Below, piece after piece: positions 6,195 through 14,922 of a stretch of 52,193 nt of DNA; the stretch's first letter is position 1, and every line of letters starts with the position of its first letter. The translations under genes and the position numbers were made by a program. The notes under the pieces are model-generated. The model did not search any database. It saw only the letters and a list, made by a program, of their open reading frames with translations, and was not told the origin of the DNA. The DNA is from a virus. Taxonomy: Duplodnaviria; Caudoviricetes. The stretch covers positions 1 through 52,193 of IMG/VR virus record IMGVR_UViG_3300044568_005649; one strand, written 5' to 3'.

Positions 6195-7607
6195 TCAAAA
6201 ATGCCGTGTGAAGATCCTGCTTCCAGCGCCGTAGATCCGATAGACACCCGACTCACCAGCAACTTCCCGCTCTGACCTTCCCGACCTTGCTCGGTACCTG
6301 AACCTGTCGATCCTGTCGACGCCGTTGGTGTACCAGTACGATGGTCCGGTCTCGCCTATGAGCTCAAAGCCCGCCTTCAGGTACACACCGCCCGTTCCCG
6401 TGTCCAGGTCGGCGTAGCTGATCATTCCTCGGAAGCCGCGTCCTCTCGCCCACTCGACAGCGTGGGGCAGCATCTTCTGGAAGCCGCCCAGGACGACTGT
6501 GTTGGGTGCGGAGGCGAACCTCGCTATCTCTACGAGGCCCAGCGCCCTGTGTCGACGCTGTCGTGGAACTCGAAGTGTGACCACTGCAACCAGTGCGCCA
6601 TCGTGCATGAGGCCAAACGCCTTGCCGGCAGCGGTCGAGCCGTACATGTGCGACCTGTCCATGAAGCGTGCTGCCGTCTGCCCAGACACCTCAGCCACGG
6701 TGCACTGCCGCCCGTGGATCCTGTGCCTGCTGAGGCCCAGCCTGTGACGCACCATTGACTCGACGATGGGCCTCTTTGTCCTCCACTGGTCGGCGTACAC
6801 GCGAAGCAGGGCGATGCCCATCCTCTCGCACTCTCGAGTCTTGTGGAGGTGCGCGCTGGGCGCCTTGCCTCCGGCCTCGCTGTGCCAGAACAGGCCCTCA
6901 TACTCAAGACCGAAGCTCCTTTCCGCCACCAGGACGTCGATCTCCTTGGGAGAGATGACCCTGCGGTTGTTCCTGGACACCTCGAATCCGAGGGACTGAA
7001 TGAAGTCTCCGATCTCCAGCTCCGCCTGTGAGGACGAGTTGGGATGACACCTTCCGCAGAGAGATCCCCTCTCGAACGCCTGCAGCGTCTTCTCGGACGT
7101 CACGCCGCAGACGTCACACCTGAATGGTAGATACTGTCGCTGACGGGAGGTGTACTCACTGTAGTCGACATCAGACGTGAGGCCCGGTCGCGAGGTGATC
7201 CTCGCTGAGAGCTGATGGGGTGTGATCCGCTTGCCCACCCTGATCCTCTCAATTGAGGTCAGACTGTGCCGCCGTCCAAAGAAGGGATTTCCTGCGCCCG
7301 TGAACATAACGGCTTGCTGCTGGATCCTGTCGTCGGTCTCCTTTGTCTTTCCTCGATTCCAGGCGGGTGCCTTTCCACCCCGCCGTCCCCCAGCCGCAGC
7401 AGCCGCGTCCTTGCAGCCGGCACAGTACTCTCTGAAGCTGAAGGATGTGTATCTGGTCATCTCACCGCACGAAACGCACGTGGGTCGAACGCCGCCGTAG
7501 CAGCACTGGATCGTGTATTCCTCGCCTCGCAGGCTGTGAGCCTTCTTGATGTGGTCTGACAGGTGTTTTCCTGTCTCGAACTCTCCTCCGCAGACGCCAC
7601 ACACCAT
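6195..7607 (-). CDS. Free-standing Hef-like homing endonuclease: C2H2 Zn finger, NUMOD3-like motifs, PD-(D/E)XK nuclease and C-terminal Mom/GNAT-like domain
   Basis: CGVC..HIKKAH; PAWNRG/GNPFFGRRHS; S..ELEI...KEIDV...GLEYEGLFWHS; VEIARFAS...ISYADL...GGVYLKAGF; TATAAT at 7630-7635 upstream of ATG 7607. Confidence 0.8.
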   Translation of the reverse strand: MVCGVCGGEFETGKHLSDHIKKAHSLRGEEYTIQCCYGGVRPTCVSCGEMTRYTSFSFREYCAGCKDAAAAAGGRRGGKAPAWNRGKTKETDDRIQQQAVMFTGAGNPFFGRRHSLTSIERIRVGKRITPHQLSARITSRPGLTSDVDYSEYTSRQRQYLPFRCDVCGVTSEKTLQAFERGSLCGRCHPNSSSQAELEIGDFIQSLGFEVSRNNRRVISPKEIDVLVAERSFGLEYEGLFWHSEAGGKAPSAHLHKTRECERMGIALLRVYADQWRTKRPIVESMVRHRLGLSRHRIHGRQCTVAEVSGQTAARFMDRSHMYGSTAAGKAFGLMHDGALVAVVTLRVPRQRRHRALGLVEIARFASAPNTVVLGGFQKMLPHAVEWARGRGFRGMISYADLDTGTGGVYLKAGFELIGETGPSYWYTNGVDRIDRFRYRARSGRSEREVAGESGVYRIYGAGSRIFTRHF

Positions 7608-7671
7608 GTCATCACCAGCTTGTGTGGTGATTATACACTGGGCAGGACATGTTGTGGTGTCGGTGGGATCC

Positions 7672-7710
7672 AAAAATGGAAGTGGCGCCCCATTTTGTGA
7701 GGCGCCACCT
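7672..7710 (-). terminator. Rho-independent terminator of the major capsid gene
   Basis: GTGGCGCCTCA-CAAAA-TGGGGCGCCAC then TTCCATTTTT; preceded by a TAACTC-GAAA-GAGTTA hairpin (7724-7739). Confidence 0.8.
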
Positions 7711-7752
7711 TGATTTAGCAACTTAACTCTTTCGAGTTAGATTACATTCAGC

Positions 7753-9663
7753 TCAGATGATACTCATGTCCAAGCAAGTGACAGTTCCGTAGAAATCGGA
7801 GCGCACCATCTTCTTGCCGTAGCGAGTCATAACGCCCTTGCGCGGGGTGAAATCCTCAGGCGCGAAGATCGTCGGGGTGACGATCAGGGGCACGTACGGG
7901 GCGTAGACGTAGCCGGTCTCGAGGTAGGAACCGCCCTTGTAGCCGACGAGGATCTTGTTCCGGGGGAAGTACGGATCCTTGTAGACCATGAAGCGGTTGC
8001 TGAGGGTGCCCATCTTCTCGGCGCCGATGGACATCGTGGACGCGACCTGACCGGAGCTGTCGATGCTGTACGTCGGCTTGTAGAACACCGAGGCCTCGAG
8101 CACCGTGGCGACGTCCGGGCCGACGACGATGAAGTTCGCCGCGCCGCGGAGAGTCTTGCGGTGGATCTCGTTGCCCACGTCGATGATCGTCTCGATGAGC
8201 GTCTCGTACCACTCGCGGACCGTGCCGGTGAAGGTCGGGCCGGGGTTGAGCGAGGAGGCGCGGGTGACCTCGAGGCCAGTCGACTTGTTGACGAACTTGC
8301 CCGGAGCGCGCGACCAGAAGAAGTTCGCGCCCTTCGCCTGCGTGAGGAGATCGTTGAGGATCTCCCTGTCGATCTCGAGCGCGATCTGCTCGGACAGGAT
8401 CTGAGTGAGCTCCACCTCAGCGTCGAGGCTGTGGTAGGCGTTCAGGTCCTGCGCGAGCTCCGGCGACCACTTGGCGCGCAGCTTGCGCGTGGTGGCTGTG
8501 ACCGCGATCGACTCGATCTTGATGTCGATCTCGGGGATGGTCGGCGACGGGGTCGAGCCGAAGTCGGACTCGAAGACCGGCACCGTGAGGGCAGAGCCGT
8601 CCGTCGCGTTCGCGCTGAAGGAGTCCGTCTTGGCGAAAGACGCGGTGAGGAGCGTCGCGGTGTCACCAGCACCGGCTGCCGGCGTGTAGGAGCCGGAGAC
8701 GACGGTGAGGACCGCAGCGTTCGTCGTGCCGAGCGCGATCAGCGGGTCGGGTGTGAAGACGCCGCCGCTGAACGTGCCGAGCTGGTTGAGACGACGGACG
8801 TTGAGGATCCCCGAGCCGCCCTGGATCGACTCCGGGAGGGGGCGAAGGCCGGAGAGCGCCGGGCCGGAATCAGAGAAGAGGCCGAGCGACTTCACGTTCG
8901 TCGTGTCCATGCCCGTCAGGTGGCCAGAGCTCGCGTCGAGGACGAGGATCTGGAAGCGGCCGGTGCTGTCGAGCGCGCCGTTGACCGAGGCGTCTTCCTC
9001 GATGAGGTTCGTGATCTGCGGGTCGAACTGGAGGAACTTCCCGTCAGAGCCCGTCGCGAAGGCGAGGCTGCCGTTGGTGAGGGCAGAGTTGCCAGCGAAG
9101 GCGCCGCGGAAGAGGACCGTGAGGCCGCTGCCCATGGACGTGGTGTGCACCTTCGAGAAGGAGGTGCCAACCAGGTCGTACTGGCCGCCGACCGCGAGGG
9201 AGCCGCTCTGGATGCCCTTGCCGGTGGGTGAGCTGTAGATCGACTGGCCCGCGGTGTACGTGGAGGCAGTGGTGCCGCCGTCGCCACCGACGCTGTTGCC
9301 GTAGGTGTAATCCAGGTAGAAGAGCAGCCCGGCGGGGAGGCTCATCGGCTGGATCGACACGAGCTCGTTGGCCACGAGGCCACCGAAGACGCGGCGGACG
9401 ATCGGGAACGCGATGTTGGTGAAGCCGCGGAGGTCGCCTGACTCCGAGCCGCTGCCGCCGCCCGTGCCGATCGAGGAGGCCTCGCGGAGGAGCTGGGAGG
9501 CCTGGTTCTCGAGAAGAGACGCCATGTTCTCACGGCGCTGGCCCTCGAGGCCGCGGAGGAGACCCGTGCGATTCCACTTCTCGACGAGACGCTTGTTGAC
9601 TGTGCCGAGGTGGCGCTGCTTGATGCCCTCTGAGAGCTGCTCGAGGGAAAATGCCCTGCTCAT
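7753..9663 (-). CDS. gp23: Major capsid protein, T4 gp23-like
   Basis: AFPIVRRVFGGLVANELVSIQPMSLPAGLLFYLDY; RKLRAKWSPELAQDLNAYHSLDAEVELTQILSEQIALEIDREI; GYVYAPYVPL; FTPRKGVMTRY; AGGAG RBS before ATG 9663. Confidence 0.97.
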   Translation of the reverse strand: MSRAFSLEQLSEGIKQRHLGTVNKRLVEKWNRTGLLRGLEGQRRENMASLLENQASQLLREASSIGTGGGSGSESGDLRGFTNIAFPIVRRVFGGLVANELVSIQPMSLPAGLLFYLDYTYGNSVGGDGGTTASTYTAGQSIYSSPTGKGIQSGSLAVGGQYDLVGTSFSKVHTTSMGSGLTVLFRGAFAGNSALTNGSLAFATGSDGKFLQFDPQITNLIEEDASVNGALDSTGRFQILVLDASSGHLTGMDTTNVKSLGLFSDSGPALSGLRPLPESIQGGSGILNVRRLNQLGTFSGGVFTPDPLIALGTTNAAVLTVVSGSYTPAAGAGDTATLLTASFAKTDSFSANATDGSALTVPVFESDFGSTPSPTIPEIDIKIESIAVTATTRKLRAKWSPELAQDLNAYHSLDAEVELTQILSEQIALEIDREILNDLLTQAKGANFFWSRAPGKFVNKSTGLEVTRASSLNPGPTFTGTVREWYETLIETIIDVGNEIHRKTLRGAANFIVVGPDVATVLEASVFYKPTYSIDSSGQVASTMSIGAEKMGTLSNRFMVYKDPYFPRNKILVGYKGGSYLETGYVYAPYVPLIVTPTIFAPEDFTPRKGVMTRYGKKMVRSDFYGTVTCLDMSII

Positions 9664-9691
9664 AATAGACTCCTGACTGATTTGTGGGTGA

Positions 9692-11287
9692 TTAGGACTT
9701 CGAACCAATGCCCGCGAGCATGGCCCAACGGTGAACCTCGACTGCCTCATTCATGCGAACGCCTGAAGTTGAGAGCGGTCGAGAGGTGGGGCTGATCGCG
9801 CGGCTGCCTACAGACTCGCTGACCAATTCCGTCTTCCTAGCAGCCGGCTTGCGACCGATTGACTCGGAAAGACCCTTGTACAGCAGCTTCACCTCACGCA
9901 GGCTCCGGGCGCGATCGAGAGACTCGATGATATTCCGACGCTGAGAGTCGGAAAGCTCACGATCTTGGAGGAGCCTATTGACGTACAGAAGCTTAGCATT
10001 GAACAGGTTCATCTCGGTGAGCTGCCCACGGAGGCTTTCGACGGCCTCAGAGTGCTTCACCAAGTTGGCCTTGAGGTCACGATTTTCCTTCATGACCTTT
10101 GTCTTTGCCGCCTCCGAGAAGGGGGCGGAAACCTTGTGGTGCGGATTGAGCTTGCCCTTGCTTGAAGGGACGCCCTTTCCGACTGACTCGTTGGTGTCGT
10201 CACCGTCGAGCTCTTCTTCGCCCTCGTCGGTGTGAGCAAGTGCGCCCTTCTTGGCCTTCTTGCCCATGCCCATGCCCATGCCCATCTTGCCCTCGCGAAG
10301 AGCACGAAGCTCGCGGAGGAGCGCTGTCTCATCGACCCTGTACACCCTCTCAGAGGGGGAGGGCGCGGCGCCCGGAGGCATCTGGCCAGCGGGAGCGGGA
10401 GCAGCTTCTTCGGGCGCCTGAGCGCCAGCCATGCCGCCAGACACCAACTGGGCGAGCATCCCCTCGATCACTTCCAGCTTGTCCTTGATCTCCGCCATCT
10501 CTGCGGGAACTCCCATGTCAGAGGTGGCGTCGGCGCCGCCAGCGTCTCCTTCCTCTTCCTCTTCCTCTTCCTCTTCGCCTGTGGGCTGGATCGGCGGACC
10601 GTCTTCCTCTTCCGCGTCCTCCTCTTCCGCGTCCTCCTCTTCCGCGTCCTCCTCTTCCATGTCCTCCTCACCCTTCTCCTCGAAGAGCTCGGAAAGGGAC
10701 TCATAGAGGTCGGCCATCTCGTCCTCAGACTCCTCGTCGTAGGCAGACATTTCGTTGCCAGCATGCCCCATGTGCATGCCCTCATCCTCGGGTGACATCT
10801 CGTCCGACATGAGCTCGTCGAGATCGACCTCGTACATCTTGTTCTTGCCCTGCATGGCAGCATTCTCCTTGACGATGTGAGTGGATCTCACGTCAGACGG
10901 TACCACTTGAGAAATTCTAGCGGAACCAAACTTATTAAGCGCAGCGCTTCTCATCTTCTCCACCACGGGAATGAGAGTTGCGCTCTCCTCAGGCGTGAGT
11001 GACTCAACAATCTTGCTCATCGCGCGGAGGAGACCCACCCGCTCGGCAAGCCCTTCGGGAGAGGCAGCATCATCCACAGGCTCGTAGGAGTCCGTGGTGA
11101 GGTCGATTTCCTCTGATTCTTCCAGCTCTGGGTCTGCCTTCTTGGCGCCCTCCAGAAGCTGATCCTCGATGAACTTACGAATCTTTGGCGTCACTGCGTC
11201 AATGATCGCGTTCTTCGCGTTCTGCTCAGCGACTTCCTTGAGTTGCTTTGCGTCAGCAAGCGCCTCTTGGAACAGACTGCTAGTCAT
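9692..11287 (-). CDS. Prohead scaffold/core protein (gp22-like position)
   Basis: Directly upstream of the MCP; very acidic middle, C-terminal coiled coil EMNLFNAKLLYVN...; many LxE motifs. Confidence 0.8.
   Translation of the reverse strand: MTSSLFQEALADAKQLKEVAEQNAKNAIIDAVTPKIRKFIEDQLLEGAKKADPELEESEEIDLTTDSYEPVDDAASPEGLAERVGLLRAMSKIVESLTPEESATLIPVVEKMRSAALNKFGSARISQVVPSDVRSTHIVKENAAMQGKNKMYEVDLDELMSDEMSPEDEGMHMGHAGNEMSAYDEESEDEMADLYESLSELFEEKGEEDMEEEDAEEEDAEEEDAEEEDGPPIQPTGEEEEEEEEEGDAGGADATSDMGVPAEMAEIKDKLEVIEGMLAQLVSGGMAGAQAPEEAAPAPAGQMPPGAAPSPSERVYRVDETALLRELRALREGKMGMGMGMGKKAKKGALAHTDEGEEELDGDDTNESVGKGVPSSKGKLNPHHKVSAPFSEAAKTKVMKENRDLKANLVKHSEAVESLRGQLTEMNLFNAKLLYVNRLLQDRELSDSQRRNIIESLDRARSLREVKLLYKGLSESIGRKPAARKTELVSESVGSRAISPTSRPLSTSGVRMNEAVEVHRWAMLAGIGSKS
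10601..10660. repeat. 15-bp tandem repeat encoding EEEDA in the scaffold
   Basis: gtcctcctcttccgc repeated about 4 times. Confidence 0.85.
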
Positions 11288-11306
11288 CGATCAGTGCCTC
11301 GACTCG

Positions 11307-11313
11307 TAAATAT
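11307..11313 (-). promoter_or_regulatory. Candidate late promoter ATATTTA
   Basis: About 20 nt upstream of the scaffold ATG. Confidence 0.55.
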
Positions 11314-11335
11314 CGCCACGCCACGCATTTTCAAG

Positions 11336-11995
11336 CTACTTCCACTCGCCAACGATGACGGGCCTGTGGGAGGACGACGAGTGCGCTGATCCGTACTTCT
11401 TTCTTTGAAGGTCATTGAACCTCTGGATCAACCGCGTGGCCTTGATCAGACCCCGCTCATCCCTGTTCGGGAGGACATCGCCCGCGCCCGGATTGAAGCT
11501 GAACTCCTCATCGCCTGCCAGGATGGAGGCATGACTGGTCCCGTACACGGTGCCAGTCCTGTTCTTTATGCCCGGACCTGAGGTGATGTTTGGGATCTCT
11601 GCAGGCGCGTTCAGATCCTGCGTCCTATTGGTCATTCTGTTGAAGTGGACCAGGGGAACGATGCTGTTCGACATGAAGCCGACACCGCCCTCCTCAAGCG
11701 GGTTGAAGGTTCCCGACGGCCCCAGGAAGTTTCCTGCGTCCGATCGGGTGTATCCCATGTCCCTTCTCGGCACGACAGAGCCGATGCGGGAGGCAAACCG
11801 CGAGGCGAAGTTCGCCCTGGGTCCAGCCAGCTCTTCTGACTCCTGCTCATCGGGCTCGTAGACGGACGGGTCAGCGTAGGGCCACTGTCCCTGCATGGGC
11901 CAGCTCATGCCTGCGCCACGCGGCTTGCCCGCGTTTCCACCCGGACCCGCGTCCATGGGTGGAACCAGGCCCGCAATTCCCTCCCTAAGGCGCAT
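11336..11995 (-). CDS. Hypothetical head-region protein
   Basis: 219 aa, within the head operon, TGATG coupling. Confidence 0.7.
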   Translation of the reverse strand: MRLREGIAGLVPPMDAGPGGNAGKPRGAGMSWPMQGQWPYADPSVYEPDEQESEELAGPRANFASRFASRIGSVVPRRDMGYTRSDAGNFLGPSGTFNPLEEGGVGFMSNSIVPLVHFNRMTNRTQDLNAPAEIPNITSGPGIKNRTGTVYGTSHASILAGDEEFSFNPGAGDVLPNRDERGLIKATRLIQRFNDLQRKKYGSAHSSSSHRPVIVGEWK

Positions 11996-12525
11996 CAGCC
12001 GCCCGAGCCGGCGTAGGATCTACCCTTGATGTACGACCCGATCTTCTGCGAGGCCACATTGACCGTGGTCTCGGACGGCCTTGCGAGGCCGCCCAGGCCG
12101 ACACCGTACTCGACGCCGGCATCCGGAAGTGTTCCAGCGAACACGGGCTGCTGCGTGGGTGAGATGTCGCCCGGAACCGTGGAGGACAGATTGGGGATGT
12201 ACCCAGAGGCAGGCAGGCCACCGCCACCCACAGTCACCTCATCTTGATTGGGCGCGTCGCTGTAGTTCAGGTCGTAGGACCCAAAAGTGTGGCCGCCGTC
12301 GTTAACAACACCATCAGTGACACCGATGTTGGGGATGGAGTCACCTGCACCCCCGTTGCCGTTCAGTGAGGAGATTCCCGCGTTGAGGACAGCGACTTCT
12401 GAGTACTCTGCGTAGAGGGGAGAGTACTTGAACGCAGCCTTGAGGTTGACGTCAGTGCGGTGTCCAAGCCCACCTGTTCCGGGTGGGCCAAAAGCAACCA
12501 CTGTCGCCTGCTTGTGTGATGGCAT
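11995..12525 (-). CDS. Probable virion structural protein (Gly/Pro-rich)
   Basis: 176 aa; AGGAG RBS; ATAGGTA motif at 12544-12550. Confidence 0.75.
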   Translation of the reverse strand: MPSHKQATVVAFGPPGTGGLGHRTDVNLKAAFKYSPLYAEYSEVAVLNAGISSLNGNGGAGDSIPNIGVTDGVVNDGGHTFGSYDLNYSDAPNQDEVTVGGGGLPASGYIPNLSSTVPGDISPTQQPVFAGTLPDAGVEYGVGLGGLARPSETTVNVASQKIGSYIKGRSYAGSGG

Positions 12526-12554
12526 GTTCGCGCTCCTACCTCTTACCTATGAGA

Positions 12555-12914
12555 TCAAAGCAGTTTTGCGATGTCCTGCTTGAGGCCACCCTTCTTCTCC
12601 ATGACGATGCGAAGCTGATCGCGGATCCGCATCTCCATCTCGCTCATCTCGCGGAGGTGATCGACCTTCTTGGCGAGAGTGGAGGCAAGCTCATCAGGAC
12701 GGACCTCGGTCTCATCGAGGCTGAGCGCCTTCTTTGCCTTCTTGTTGGCAGCGTGGATCTTGGCAGGCACAGTGGACCGCTTGCCGCCGACCTTGGGCTC
12801 AGGCGGAACCACCTTGCCGAACTTCTGCTTCTTTGCCTCGAGCGTCAGCTTCTGGCGCTCTTCCTGGATGATGCGACGAAGTGTGTTCGCGTTGAGATCG
12901 ACGATGTTAGGCAT
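12555..12914 (-). CDS. Basic head-region protein (possible internal head protein)
   Basis: MPNIVDLNANTLRRIIQEERQKLTLEA; GGAGG RBS before ATG 12914; ATAGTTA at 12933-12939. Confidence 0.75.
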   Translation of the reverse strand: MPNIVDLNANTLRRIIQEERQKLTLEAKKQKFGKVVPPEPKVGGKRSTVPAKIHAANKKAKKALSLDETEVRPDELASTLAKKVDHLREMSEMEMRIRDQLRIVMEKKGGLKQDIAKLL

Positions 12915-12965
12915 GAGACAGTCCTCCGTCACTAACTATCGTCGATCCTCATCTTTATCAGATCC

Positions 12966-13463
12966 CTATCGGAAGGCGAGCGACGCCCACTTGTCCGCTG
13001 CGTCACCGAAGAGCTCAGAAGGCTCATGCTCAGCCACAGCCCGCGCGATCGGATCCATGGAGGTCTCGGGCCTCATCCTCTCGGCCGCCCGCTGCTCCTG
13101 GAGCGTCGTCGCTGCGGTGTCGGCGAAGATGGAGGAGAGGATGGGATCGGAAGTGATCTTGCTCGCCAGACTGCGGTGCTCCTGCTGGGCTGCAGGACGC
13201 TGGACGACCTCCCGCTGCAGTGCAGGACGATCGAGGTTCATCCCACCGATCGTCTTTCTCCTGGGGGGATCCTGGATGCCGTCAGCTGCAGGCCTGCTGC
13301 CTGCGTTCCCACGCAGCTTGTTCCTGGTCGCCTCCTGGATCGGGTCCCTGCCAGAGGCGAGACTCGCACTCATAGACCGCGGAGACTGCTGGGCGTTCAC
13401 GCCCTCGGTGAGGATCTCCACAAGGCACTCGCGGATAAGAGTCTTCAGATCAGATCGTGTCAC
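12966..13463 (-). CDS. Hypothetical head-region protein
   Basis: GTG start overlapping the protease stop; TRSDLKTLIRECLVEILTEG...KWASLAF. Confidence 0.75.
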   Translation of the reverse strand: MTRSDLKTLIRECLVEILTEGVNAQQSPRSMSASLASGRDPIQEATRNKLRGNAGSRPAADGIQDPPRRKTIGGMNLDRPALQREVVQRPAAQQEHRSLASKITSDPILSSIFADTAATTLQEQRAAERMRPETSMDPIARAVAEHEPSELFGDAADKWASLAFR

Positions 13464-14068
13464 TTCGTCTCCCAACTGAGGATGTCGTTGAAGATCCTAT
13501 TGACGCGATCTGATCTGTTAAAGACGCGGCGGAGATCAGACTCCACAATCTTGGACTCTCTCATCATGAAAGCGCCGGGCGTCGAGGGCTCGCTCACGAA
13601 ATCGAAGCAGATCAGCTGAAAGTCCTCCTGCACGACATCGTGGTCACCCTGCTTTCGCGTGGAGCCCACACCTCGTGAGGAGATTCCCAGCGTGACGCCC
13701 GACTCCACCAAGCTCTGGAGGATCTTTCCGGAGGGCGTGTTGAGAAGCTCCACTGTGCCTGTCACGACGCCCCGCTCGATCTTGGCAGAGCGAACGATGT
13801 GCGAGGCGTTCTTCAGCTCGACGACAGACGCGGCCGGATGGTCGCACTCTCCCAGCGCCCTGTTCTCCCTGATGAACTTCTGGTAGTTCTGGATCTCTCG
13901 CTCCAGGATCTGCTGGGGGTAGATCCTGCCGTTCTGGTTCAGAGTGTTCGCCTTCTGCAGGATCCCACGCATGATGATCTTGCCGCCGTTCTCGGCACGG
14001 GACTGCTCGACGAGCAGGGGCGTGTACTCGAACGGCGTCCACTCAGTGAGCAGCCTCTTGTCGCTCAT
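13460..14068 (-). CDS. gp21: Prohead protease, T4 gp21-like
   Basis: GILQKANTLNQNGRIYP; ALGECDHP; SHI; TPSGKIL; GISSRGVGS; FDFVSEPSTPGAF. Confidence 0.96.
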   Translation of the reverse strand: MSDKRLLTEWTPFEYTPLLVEQSRAENGGKIIMRGILQKANTLNQNGRIYPQQILEREIQNYQKFIRENRALGECDHPAASVVELKNASHIVRSAKIERGVVTGTVELLNTPSGKILQSLVESGVTLGISSRGVGSTRKQGDHDVVQEDFQLICFDFVSEPSTPGAFMMRESKIVESDLRRVFNRSDRVNRIFNDILSWETK

Positions 14069-14922
14069 GTCTCGCTCCCGCTTATTTCTTGACTCAACTT
14101 GGAGGCAGTGAGGAACTTGACGACTGCCTCATCGTCTATCACGTCAGCGTCGAGCGACTCCAGCATGAGCTTGACATCGCCCGCCCGTGAGGTGATGTAC
14201 TCATTCATCTCGCGGCTAGTGTAGTCATCAAGGTCACGCACCGCCTGACGCTTGATCTCCGACATGATCTTCTTCAGCGAGGTCTGGTCGGAGCCGGGAG
14301 GCGAGAAGACGTACTCCTTGATGATCTGGCGCTGCTGATCGGTGAGCGTGGTGGAGAACTTGCTGTTGAGCTTCTCCGTCATAATGCTTACGACCAACGA
14401 GCTGATATCCCCCTGGTGCTCCGGGCTGATCTCTTCTGGGCGGACTGTCTTCTTCTCCTGCAGCATGCCAGACACAAGCTTGCGCTCGTAGTCGAACACA
14501 GCGCTCAGATCAGTGTTGGGCGTCCGCCATGAGTTGAGGAGCACCTGGATCGTGGCGTACTCTCGGTACCGATCGAAGTGCGTGTCGTAGAAGTCCTGCC
14601 CAAGGCTGCGGTTGATCTCCGCTATGAGACGGCCCTTCTCTGACTCGAGCTGGCCCCGATCTGCCTGCCTTGCAGCGTCACGGGCCTCGGTGATGATGAC
14701 CGCGGCGACCGGAGATGAGCTGATCTCAGCGTTAGCGAGGGCATTGAAGAGGCGGAACTCCCTGTAGAGCTCCGTTCCCTGCCTGAAGTGCCTCTCGATG
14801 ATGTTGAGACAGACTTGGGCTCTCTTTCTGTCTCCTTCGACGAGGCACTTGGAGACGCTCTTGAGGAGCTGCTCGTAGATGACACCCGTGTTCCGCTTCT
14901 TGTTGTGAGGACGAGCAGACAT
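14065..14922 (-). CDS. Hypothetical protein between portal and protease
   Basis: 285 aa helical protein, HNKKRNTGVIYEQL. Confidence 0.8.
   Translation of the reverse strand: MSARPHNKKRNTGVIYEQLLKSVSKCLVEGDRKRAQVCLNIIERHFRQGTELYREFRLFNALANAEISSSPVAAVIITEARDAARQADRGQLESEKGRLIAEINRSLGQDFYDTHFDRYREYATIQVLLNSWRTPNTDLSAVFDYERKLVSGMLQEKKTVRPEEISPEHQGDISSLVVSIMTEKLNSKFSTTLTDQQRQIIKEYVFSPPGSDQTSLKKIMSEIKRQAVRDLDDYTSREMNEYITSRAGDVKLMLESLDADVIDDEAVVKFLTASKLSQEISGSET

Noticed and set aside
7608-7721. N-terminal extension of the endonuclease ORF to 7721
   Set aside because: It spans the capsid terminator and a TATAAT box; ATG at 7607 is more plausible
8161-9231. 356-aa plus-strand ORF, and similar long plus-strand ORFs opposite terminase, Mre11-Rad50 and baseplate genes
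   Set aside because: Antisense open frames are expected from strong GC3 bias in the real genes
9664-9750. Longer MCP start at 9750
   Set aside because: Overlaps the scaffold 3' end; an AGGAG RBS supports ATG 9663
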